A stretch of 64,000 bases of DNA. Origin: Chiloscyllium plagiosum (Eukaryota). The stretch's first letter is position 1; each line of letters starts with the position of its first letter. This document shows, piece by piece, positions 13,585 through 25,100 of the stretch. The translations under genes and the position numbers were made by a program. Location: NCBI RefSeq assembly GCF_004010195.1, contig NC_057721.1:43702163-43766162 (forward strand), written 5' to 3'. The notes below the pieces were generated by a model. That model was given only the letters and a program-made list of their open reading frames with translations. It did no database searches and was not told where the DNA came from.

Positions 13585-14150
13585 GTCATAGTTAGAGTCC
13601 TAAAGATATAAAGAAAACCCTTCAGTGCAACTTGTCATGCCGACCAGATGTCCTCACTTAATCTAGTCCCATTTGCCAGCACTTGGCCCATATCCCTCTA
13701 AACCCTTCCTATTCATATACCCATCCAGATGCCTTTTAAATGCTGTAATTATACCAGCCTTCACCACTTCCTCTGGCAGCTCATTCCATAATGCACCACC
13801 CTCTGCGTGAAAACGTTGCCCCTTAAGTCCCTTTTATATCTTTCCCCACTTACCCTAAACCCTTACCCTCTAGTTCTGGACACCCCAGGGAAAAGACCTT
13901 GTCTGTTTATTCTATCCATGCCCCTCATGATTTTATAAACCTCTATAAGGTCACCTCTCATCTTCCGATGGAAAACAGACCCAGTCTGTTCAGCCTCTCC
14001 CTATAGCTCAAATCCTCCAACCCTGGCAACATCCTTGTAAATCTTTTCTGAACCCTTTCAAGTTTTACGACATCCTTCCGATAGGAATGAGACCAGAATT
14101 GCACGCAATATTCTAAAATTGGCCTAATCAATGTCCTGTTCAGCTGTTAA
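13585..14150 (-). mobile_element. CR1/HER1 LINE 3' end
   Basis: Close reverse complement of 27.28-27.84 kb. Confidence 0.92.
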
Positions 14151-14329
14151 CATGGCCATAATGGTATGTTCCTATTTAATCCCTATCCTCACATCCCACT
14201 TGTCCTTCAACCACAACCTAGGTTTACAAGCTGCACCATGTCTTGTTTTTCCACCTCCCCTCACCTTGTCTTGTGCATTTCTGCTTTCAGACACCTACGA
14301 ATACTAAACTGGTCAGACAGTGGTGAAGA

Positions 14330-14560
14330 GAACCAATCACAGAGCATGCTGGAAAAACTCAGCAGGTCTGGCAGCATCTGTAGAGAGAGAAATAGATGTA
14401 ATGTTTTGAGTCTGGTTTGACTCAGTTTTGAGGAAGGGTTACTCGACCCAAAACATTAACTCTGATTTTTCTCCACAGACACTGCCAGACCTACTGAGCT
14501 TTTCCACTCATTTCTGGTTTTGGCACTAAATTACAGCATCTGCAGTTCTTTCAGTTTTTA
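14330..14560. mobile_element. Palindromic Penelope-terminus derivative
   Basis: ggaaaaactcagcaggtctggcagcatctgtagag ... ctccacagacactgccagacctactgagctttttcc inverted arms. Confidence 0.7.
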
Positions 14561-14569
14561 TTCAGAGTT

Positions 14570-14840
14570 CAGAATCCCACCATTTCAGATGGGAGGGTGA
14601 AATTTGAATTCAGTACAGTCTCGAATAAAGAGCTGGCCTACTGGTGACCATGTAACTATTGTTGATTGTTGTAAAAATGAACATCTAATGCCTTTCAGGG
14701 AAGAAGATTCTGTGCTTACCTGGTCTGGCCGACATGTGACTCCAGACCTACAACAATCTGATTAACTCATAATGCCCTCTGGACAACTAGGGATTGGCAA
14801 CAAATACCAGTGAGATCCACATGCTGTGAGCATAAAAAGA
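14570..14840 (+). mobile_element. Ancient conserved-core SINE with a family-B LINE tail
   Basis: ggtgaccatg...ctaatgcctttcagggaag...cttacctggtctggccgacatgtgactccaga core; 3' end caactagggattggcaacaaatac shared with family B LINE tails. Confidence 0.6.
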
Positions 14841-15045
14841 CGTACCTTAAAGAACATTATCAACCAAGATGACATTTTATAACAATACCCATTAGCTGCT
14901 TGGTCACCAGAGTTTTATTAGGTTCAAATTTCAGACAAACTGCTGTGGTGGGATTTGAATCCTTGGGCTGATGTTCTGAATTACTAATACAGTGACATTG
15001 CCACTATGCTACCACCTTCACCTACTGGAAGGTTTGCTGTGAATG

Positions 15046-15190
15046 AGAGAAAGTGAGGACTGCAGATGCTAAAGAGTCAGAGTCGAAAAGTATTGCGCTG
15101 GAAAAGCACAGCAGGTCAGGCAGCATCTGAGGAGCAGGAGAGTCAACGTTTTTGGCATAAGCCCTTTATCAGGAATGTTCCTGATTCATG
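15046..15190 (-). mobile_element. Penelope-like terminal repeat with a decayed hammerhead motif
   Basis: gagaaagtgaggactgcagatgct...gcaggtcaggcagcatc; same family as 20.2, 25.4, 29.5, 59.2 and 63.3 kb. Confidence 0.8.
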
Positions 15191-15994
15191 CAGAAGGGGC
15201 TCCATTCACTGTCGTTGTAGTTGGATAAGTTGCACGCTGACATTTCAGCAAAAAGGGAATGTGCTGACTACCTCTTTCTTTCCTCTTCCTCCTCCTCCTC
15301 ATCCTTTTCTTGCTCCATTTCCTCATTCCCCATCTTCTCCTCAATTGGTCACTCTATACCTGGTCACAAGGGCTGTGGCTTCAGGATAGCAAGATTATGC
15401 AGCGTGCACTCACATAATGACACATGCTCTGCCAATTACTGATGGGCTCATCCAGAACAATCCACGTTGCAGAAATATTGTTTAAGCAGACTAGTGAACT
15501 CCCCCAAAGACCTTAAATAGATGAGTATGCCTTTTGTTACAAGCAAACTGTCCACTGGAATCACAAGCAAGCTGGTCAGTGAAATGCCCTTGTAAGCAGA
15601 TAGCCACTATTTCTTGGAACAGTGGAAACTGCCTTAGAGCTAAGGCAATAGGACACTGTACATTGATAATTGTGATTCATTGAGAATGGTCATATGCCAT
15701 ACCAAAACAGAAATTGTTGGAGGAGCTCATTAAACTTAACACCATCTATGGAAGAAAAAGTGTTAATAACTTTGAATTCAGTCACCCTTCCTCAGAACTC
15801 AACAGCCATTAAATCTGACAGCTTTCTGATTTTTTTCACAATGAGAAATAGATTTCTTATATTTATTATATGAAGCTATAATTATTTTACATATAATTTA
15901 CGAGGAGATCTTCAGATCAAAAACAATTTCCTCTTTAAAATATTCATTGCAATTGAATCATTCGGCTACAAGGGTTAGGATTTAGTTTGGCTGT

Positions 15995-16122
15995 AGTTTG
16001 TTTATCCCCTCCCTTCCTTCCTGTTAAAGTGCCTGAAAATACTTTCCAATATTTTGTTTAGTTTTCCCCTGAAGAAGGTTGTTCATTAAATCCAAATTTT
16101 AACCAGACAGTTAAAACCAGTC
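15995..16122 (+). promoter_or_regulatory. Putative proximal promoter of gene A with an ETS-type motif
   Basis: Pyrimidine block atcccctcccttccttcctg (CAGGAAG on the minus strand, 16017-16023) about 100 nt upstream of the ATG; a similar block precedes gene B. Confidence 0.3.
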
Positions 16123-16183
16123 ATGATGTCTTCCTATAGCATGTCTTCACAATGTAGCTTCTTTCTACTGATAGCTGTCTCTG
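16123..16183 (+). CDS. Gene A exon 1, signal peptide (MMSSYSMSSQCSFFLLIAVSG)
   Basis: ATG at 16123 with in-frame ATGs at 16126 and 16141; hydrophobic FFLLIAVS; donor G|GTAAGA; 61 nt, the same length as the gene B leader exon. Confidence 0.85.
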
Positions 16184-19100
16184 GTAAGATAAATCAAATT
16201 GAAAATTTTTTAAAAGTTGAAAATAATTGTTTTCAAGCATGTGACTTTTTTGTATTATAATAATTATCATTTGTTTTCTGTTTATTCTTAGGATGGTTTC
16301 TTGTAGAAACTAATGAGAATGTAGAGGATGTTTACAGCGAACCAGGGAGTACAGTACTTGTAAATGTTTGCAATCAAAGCTTCAATACTGAAAATGACTT
16401 TATGTGGTTAAAAGGGAGCTCACAAATAGTTGCACGATACCGAAATGGTTCTAAAGTGTATGGAAAATTTATCAATAGAGTTGAAGCTTTTTCAAATGGC
16501 ACGCTGAAATTTAACATCACAACAAAAGATGATGAAGGAGAATACAAATTCGAAGTACATAACAACGAGGGAAAACTTCAATGCAGTCGAGATTTTAAAT
16601 TGCATTTACTCGGTAAGTTTTTGAAAAAATAGTTTCTGTAGTTTTAAGAAATTTTAAAATTGCCTCGAGAGTTGTAATTTCAGGATCTCTAGCTTTCCAG
16701 ATCTGCACCTCTGAGTATCTGATAGGGAGCAATTCATGTTCAACACTGATCTGATGTGCTGCCACTATTCTTGTCCTGCTATAGATTGTTACAGTGGTTT
16801 GTTGTCACACTTGATTCTGTCTGTCTTTTAATATTTTATTAATCCTTTAAAGGCATTGGATTATGTGGTGAGCAGTAGGCTATTCCATTCGAATAAAAAT
16901 TTAAAAAGTGAGTTATTGTAAACTTATAAGTATTGGGTCAATAGGGATAAACTATTGACCCAATAGTTTGTGTATTATTAATTCTAAACAAAAGTAGAAA
17001 TTGCTGGAAAAGTGCAGCAGGTCTGGCAACACCTGTGGAGAGGAATCAGAGTTAATGTTTCGGGTCGAGTGACCCTTCCTTAGAAACAGCAACTACAGTT
17101 CTCTTGGTTTTTATTTAGTATTATTAATCATTTTTACATTTAGTTTGATTTTCTTTTTCATTAATCTTCCTAAATGAATTTCAACCCCAATGTTCTTCTT
17201 GAGAGTAAAAGCAAAGTATGGCAGATGCCAATGATCTGGAATACAAACAGCAGGTACTGGAGAAACTCAACAGGTGTGACAGTATCTGTAGAAAATGAAG
17301 CAGCGCTAATGGTTTGAGTCCAGTATGACTTTTCTTCCGAAGTTATCCCAGCATTTCATGTTCTTCTTGGGAATGTTAGCACATGACATGAACAATAGAA
17401 GACGTAATCTCAGATCCATTTTATATGAGAACAAATGTGAAAGCTGTTCCAGTGTTATTATAGGTGTCAGCTAAATTTATCCATCACTGTATACATGATG
17501 CCTCTTGGGTCAAAATTCTTGTACATGTGCAACTCAATCCTCAGAGACATAAGTTGCAAATTTGGGAAGCGGCTTGTTTTGGCATTTCTGTAAACACTTT
17601 TCATATTCAATTATGGTGCATCATATTAATTTCAAGTGTGTGACAGCTTGACAAGGCTGCAAATGGATGACCTCAGTCCCAGCCTGGTTTGAGATGTTAA
17701 CAATGGTTTCAGAAAGAAGTCAACAAAACTTTCACCTTTTCAGAAGAAAAATCTTGGATGACTCAAAAGTCATACACCTGTTCATAGTTTCTATATTTCA
17801 AAATATAGGGCAATTATGATATTTCTAATCATGTGGAATAAATATTTTAGATTATAGTTTGAATACTTAATGTAGACATTAGAAACTTCAGAAAGTTTCA
17901 GAGGAAAAATGGCACATCAAATAGTTTCAGTTAAAAACATTTTTAAAAATATTTTGATTATACGGTTGCAAAAAAGCTACCCAGTGACTTTGTTCCACAA
18001 TAAATTGGCAATATCATCTATACTATGGCAATGACTATTGACACCAGGCCACAATTGACCAAGTATGCATCAAGAAGCAGACACAAAAATGTAGTTAACG
18101 CAAATTAGGAGGACTAATCTTTGCTGTTTGAGTCATACTTGGCGTAAAGCATACATGTGGTTGTTGTAGATAGTCATCTCAACTCAGGACATATGTGCAG
18201 GAGTTTTTCAGGATAATGTCCTTAGCCCAACCATCTTCAGCTGCCTTAGCAATGACCTTACCTCCATCATAAGGTCAGATGTGGGAATGTTTACTGATGA
18301 TTGGACAATGTTCAGCACATTTGTGACTCCTCAGATGTGAAACAGTCCATGCCCAAATGCAGCAAGACGTGAACAATATCCAAGCGTAGGTTGACAAGTG
18401 GTAAGAAACATGAATGCCACACAACTGCCAGAGATGCACTGCAGAAATTTACCAAGGTTCCTTACACAGCACCTTCCAAACCATTACCCTTTAGAAGGAC
18501 AAGGACACCAGGTATGTGGAAACACCACCACATGCAAATTTCTCTCCAAGCCACTCAACATCCTGATTTGGAAATGTAGCACCATTCCTTCAGTGTGGCT
18601 GGGTTGAAATCCTGGAATTCCCTCCTTAATGGCATTATCGGTCTACCTAAACCAAGTAGACTGCAATTATCAAGAAGGCCAGTCACCACTACTTTTCAAA
18701 GGCAACTGCAGTTAGGCTGTAAATACTGGCCAGCCTGGGATGCCTATGTCCCAACAGTGTGTTAATCAAAAAATATGTTTTCATAGAAAATTCAATAAAT
18801 GTGGACATAATGATTTTTAACAGGGAAAGACAAGAATTGTGATAAAAATATGAAAACAGGAAATCAGAATGGTATAAAATTATAATAATATTTAGATTCA
18901 GATGGATTACTTGATTACTTCAGTGAGAATTTGTCTTGCTGATATCAAAACCCCAGTAATAGCATATAAATAATTCCAAACATCTAAAAGGATTTATTGC
19001 TATTTTAGAATGACCCGTAAACAATTTGTACAGAATTTCCACTTTTTTTTTTCTTTTTTAGAGAAACTATCAACACCGGTATTGAATATTACTTGTGTAT

Positions 19101-22100
19101 CTGAGCGAGATGTGTTCATGTCATGTGAGGTTCGTGGAGGGATTCCATTTAACTTCTATTTGAATGACCAAAAACTTACTGAAGACAATGCTGTGTTTTC
19201 ATCTGATGGAAAGAAGGCTACACTGAAGAATTCTACCTCAATATTTGGCAATAAAACATTCTTTTGTAAAATTGAAAATCCAGTTAGTAAAATCCAGACT
19301 GCTCCAAGAGAACTTACCTGTGCAGGTAAGTATAAAGCAATGTTCTGTGACTTCCTTTAGTAAAGACAATATGGTTGCAAATTTAAAATCAAAATCTTAT
19401 AAATTAAATTTGAAACTACATTTGATAGATTACATTAATTTCAGATCACCTTTGCAAATATGAATAAATAGGCTCAGGGAATATGATGGTTGTAAACCTT
19501 TAAAATTATTTCCAATATTTTCAGCCTTTAGAAATAGCAGGGGGTGCAGGAACAGGAAGATAGCCAAGGAATTAATGGAGTGAAAAGCAATGCAATCTAG
19601 AACAATAGATCCATTTAGGATATTTGGTCGATATGGATGATTTGGACCAAAGGGTCTGTTTCCATGCTGTGTACCTCTATTACTGTATGACTTTGTAAGT
19701 AATAGAATCTATTGGTAATAAAATACACCATATGACCCTTTTCTCTGACAGCTAACAGTGTAGCACTGTTGCTTGAATGAATGCACTTAGCCTCCCCTGT
19801 TCAGGTGAGGCAGCTTGCTTCATTTGTCGGGAGTTGATTTCCAGTAAATGCCATCTTCAGTTTTTGGCATAGTTGTAGTTCTTGCTTTTTTGGAAAAAGT
19901 TCTATTTTCTGTTGAGCTGATGCATTGTTTTCATAAGGAAAATGCTGTACCTGAAGATCATTTTAAAACAAAATGCCTGTCAATTTCTTCCCGTGTTTCT
20001 GCAAAGCAGACTAAGTTTTATGTATTACTGATTGTGGTTGACATGGTGCTTTCATGCTGTAGTGATCAACTTGCAGGAAATTCTGTACCATTGGGGCACC
20101 TTCCTTTGAGTGTTAGTGCCAAGAACTAACATTCACAGAAGAGACTGTCCTGCCAAATACATGCAGATCTTGAAACTGTTTACAGTTAGCTAGGAGAAAG
20201 TGAGGACTGCAGATGCTGGAGATCAGAGCTGAAAATGTGTTGCTGGAAAAACGCAGCAGGTCAGGCAGCATCCAAGGAGCAGGAGAATCGACAATTCGGG
20301 CATGAGCCCTTCTTCAGAAATGAGGAAAGTCTGCCAAGCAAGCTAAGATAAAAGGTAGGGAGGAGGGACTTGGGGGAGGGGCATTGGAAATGCGATAGGT
20401 GGAAGGAGGTTAAGATGAGGGTGATAGGCCGGAGTGGGGGTGGGGGCGGAGAGGTCAGGAAGAAGAATGCAGGTTAGGAAGGTGGTGCTGAGTTCGAGGG
20501 TTGGGACTGAGACAAGCTGGGGGGAGGGGAAATGAGGAAACTGGAGAAATCTGAGTTCATCCCTTGTGGTTGGAGGGTTCCTCGGCGGAAGATGAGGCGC
20601 TATCCTGTTTAATATCTTGAACTATTATGCCCTATGTATTCACTGAGTGTGTCTGTTAATTCAGGCCACAGTGTTCTGGTTGGGTTGTTCTGGGAAATTG
20701 GCAGGGAGTGTTCTGGAAAAATTCAAACTGCTGCCTACTCCATGCATTCTCACAAGAAAACAATTGAGATAGTTTCATCAAAAATGGAACAATCAGCTTC
20801 CAAAGATGCTAATGTGAGGTGCAATACCCAGGATAAATAACAAGGCTGAAAGTTAACTACATGGTTGACTGATCATTGAGTGTACTCAAGATTTAAGACC
20901 ACAATCAATCCCTTAAATTTAGCTCAACACCTTAGAAATCAGTAGGAGAAACCTGAAATAGGTACATGTCTATTTCATTTTCATTCCTAATGTTACCAAT
21001 CATGTCTTATTGAATTCTTTATCAAATTTATTGTTCTTTATTTTTCAAGTGATGTTAAAAAGCATACAAGAAGGATTTTGTATATCTTTAATGAATAGTT
21101 TATAAGGCATTAATATTCTGCACTGCAGTTCTAGGGCATATTCCAAAGCTGAGACCCACTGTAGATGACTTCTGTTCTACTCTGACAAGCATTCCCCTTG
21201 TACATAAACATCCTTTTTAAAAAAATGTTGATATCCCAAACTACGTAAATTAATAATGCATTGATCTCAGGAATTCTGTGGTAATCAACAAAATGCTATT
21301 CTGTCATATGTGTGATTAGCTGCATGCTGTCATTGCAACTCTCTGCGATTAAAAAAGGCCAGATATTTTCAACCTGTTGCCAACCTGTTGCATGAGGACT
21401 GTTCACAATGACTGGGCAGCAGAAATCAATGGCCAAGAAAGCAGTCCATCAAAGCATCATGGACCATGAAGGACACCACAAGGCACAAACAATGCCATAG
21501 TCCCCACAACAGTCAAAAATGTCTTCAGAAGCAAAGGTTCACTATGCTACTGAACCTAGGAATCTGCAATTGGGAGAGTATGATCGCTCATTTGCAATGG
21601 TTCTCCCATTTTAAAAGCATTCTTGCACAGGTTTTTGAAAAATACATCATCTCTGTCTTTCTTCTGATGTCCTGGAGTAACAGGGGCATGGTGAAATGAC
21701 AGGTGGAGGAGATGACTAGAGGTCATGGAACAGACCTGCTCTCACAGGTGATCCTTGGGCCAATGGCAATTCGAATTCTATCCCTAGAGCAGGAGATGAG
21801 TTCAGCAGCATCCAGGGCAACTGGAAAGTACCCTTCAAGACAGTAATGCCCTATTGCTGACAGCAGGATTTAGAAAATGTACCCCAAACATCTGGTCAGC
21901 TTACCGCAGCTAGCAGGTCATCTGCTAGGTGGCTAAATAACAGCAAAATCAGAGAAGCAGAATGAACCTGGAATATCTAGACTCTATTGGACAGAAATGG
22001 TACAACAAGACCTGAGAGGAGAGCAGCTCTCACAGCCAAAAACCAGCATGGCAGTGCATTGATATTGGTTACACTATGTAAGACAGGCTTGCTGGTAAAG

Positions 22101-25100
22101 GCTCACTAAAGAAAGATTGAGACAGCCATACTTCTGTCTGGAATAGAGGTCAGTTTAGAAGTTGTACGAATGGCTATCAGATCATTTCTAATGGAAAACG
22201 TGACTACATTCCCTGTTGTGAACAAGCACATCATGTTGCCGTGTATTCCACAGAAACAAATGCATCGTGTGATGATCATTAGTGCCTACACACCACTCTC
22301 AACAGCCCTGAGGAAATTTCCTGAAGGATCTTGATTGGCTCATTGGGCAGGATCTTGCCATTTTTGGGTTATGTGTAAGTAATGCTGAGTTTTGCAGAAT
22401 GATTCTCACCTTGAGGCTAAGATGTTTTCTCACTATATCTTACAAAACTCACTGCTTTAATTGTCATTTTAGCCCTTGTGTGTATCAGGCCGTATTTCCA
22501 CCCCAACTTGCCATGCAATGCTCCTGGAACAACTTGCCACCCACTGGAGATCCTGAATTGACCTGCAATCAAGGTGCTGATACCATATTTAAAAGGCTTT
22601 TGTGCACCTGGACAAATATTGGCAGTTTGGACTTGTTCTACATCATTCCTGACATCTGCCCTGAATTGGCAGCCAGTGGGAAATCCTTGCTCTGCTTTGT
22701 GGGCATGATCCTTGAAACCCTGTTGGATAGGTAGTGGTTAGATGAGACTTCCTCTTAAGGAACCAGCAGTCATGGCCATGACATCAGACCATGCCAACCT
22801 GATCCTAGGTTGCCATCTTTATTGAAGCAGTATCAGGCATTGGGAGGAATGTCCAGCATTGTAGGAAGAAAGTCAATGTCTTTCTCCATCTTGCAGGCAT
22901 ATGTACCACCATTTCTCATTGATTCAATTTGTACATTAGCAACACAACACATTTGGAGAAGGTGATAGGGGTACAAGTCTATTTCACTGCATGCAATTAA
23001 AAGCACACAATGAATTACATCATTATACATCTGAGGAATGTACTACACAATGTAAAGATAGATTGCAGATAATCAGAACAATTCTCTATCTGTGAATTGT
23101 GCCAACTCAGTGTAAACAGTCAGAGCTCCCTTTTACTGCATCTAAGCTGAGTGAGATTGCTTGCTATAATCAGTTTCCAAGCGCAATTGATCAACAGCTC
23201 AACGCTAGCATACCTTTAGGTGGAGAATGTCCAGATGTGGAACCAGTTTAAAGACATTGCCACAGAAATAGCAAGTACTGTTCTTAGATCGGAGGAACAA
23301 ATGCAATCGGGATGGTTTTGCGAAAATGAAAAATACATCTCTCTAGTCCTCCAGGATAAAAATAGAGCCAGATACTCTCTCATGGAACAATTCAACCTCT
23401 ACTTCCAAAATAGGCAGGTTCTGAAACATGAAGAGCAATGCACTGAGGGCTGCGGGTTATGCAAGATTGATGGTGGGTTGAAAGGCTGAAAAATTACAGC
23501 AATGCGCATAATCCCACATCTTCAAAAAAGCTTTTTGGTTCTGTTAAATCTCTGCAATGGATCTCTAGGACAGCTTCCACATCATTCCTCTCAGCTGATG
23601 CTCAATCAAAAATCATGCAGAAATAAGCAAAAGATGTGTAGAACGCTTTAGCAACTGCTGTCAAGCTCACAACCTCAGCCAGATTTCTCAATGTGCTTGA
23701 CATCCCTCCTATTGATGAGATCAAGAAAACAATAAAGCAGATGAACTCCAACAAGGCATCAGGTAAAGATGTAATCCAAGCAGGAATCTTTAAACTGGTA
23801 GGCCCTGACAAAATGTTGTCTTGTGCATATGAAATGAAGAAAAGATGCTAAGTAACCTTTTTGACAGCGTGATTGTTATGTTGTGATCCGCATTGATGGT
23901 AATACTGGACAAGAGTGAAACCTGGCTTGATGGATCATAACTTAATGTTTGCGGTTGATTACTGTGTTGGTTAGTCGCTGAAAAATTTGCATAAGGCTGC
24001 CAATATTCTTTGACAAAAGAACACACATTTATTACACAAAAGAATATGAAAGAGAAAGGAAACTATATATAAGACAGTTCAGACAGATCTTAAACAGCAA
24101 AATAAAAGTTTCAATCTTTTCCCTCGGAATATCTTTTATAGATACTCAATCACAGTGATGTGACTTTCCTATTTTAATGTTTTAATTGTTTTACTTGACT
24201 GACTCTTTCCACTTTTAATGGCCCAATACTTCTTCCCCGTTCTGAAGCCTGAAGCTCTTTTTAGTTTGAACAGGTTGAAAAATTCTACAGCTTGTCAACT
24301 TCACAAACTAATCTGCCTTTTAATTGATAGGAAGCCATCCTTCTGAACAGAAACCTGATTCTGAACTGAAGTCAAAAAATATTGACCACTGACCATTTGT
24401 TATTCTTTTTCATAGAACTTAACATTGTAAACATTTCATCAATTATTACTGCAGGTATACTGCTCATGAATGAGCATAAGAGGTTTATTTGCTTGGATTC
24501 TCACTCATTAATACCCTCACTATTGCTTAATCTCACCTCATTAATGTGCAGTTTCCATTCACCCATATTCCAGAGAGAAACACAATGCTTAAAATTTCTT
24601 AAATGAAACTCAGAACATTTAACATGCTGCCCACTTACTCCTCCTGACTCTATCTTGGACACCAGACACCAATATTTCAGGCATTCTCTGTACTACACAG
24701 AGGCATTGACATCCAACATGCACCAGTCCCACCGTGCCTGTGTGATTTATCTCCAATTCACTTACAGTACGGTTCTGCAGTCTAATGCTGCACTTTGGAG
24801 AACACCAACACCTTTCATTACAGTGCTGCTGGCAAAATACTTTGTGCACTGGGCAAGGCACCTAATTCTTGGATTGGTCCAGGGTGTATCTGAAGGATCC
24901 TCATTTGTTCTTTTAGTGTTCACTCACTTTGAGCATAATTTGATTCTTCCTAGCCTTGTGCCTTTTTATACATGGCTATTTTGGCTGCCTTGGCCGCTTT
25001 GGCCTGAGCTAACAGGCTGACAGTACTTCTATCCTCTACATTGGTCTCCTCTACATTGGGGAGACTGGACGCCTTCTCGCAGAGCGCTTTAAAGAACACC

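Noticed and set aside
19845-20129. Hydrophobic ORF (VFGIVVVLAFL) as an alternative TM or GPI exon of gene A
   Set aside because: The nearby acceptor in phase 1 gives a different, non-TM frame; no other support.
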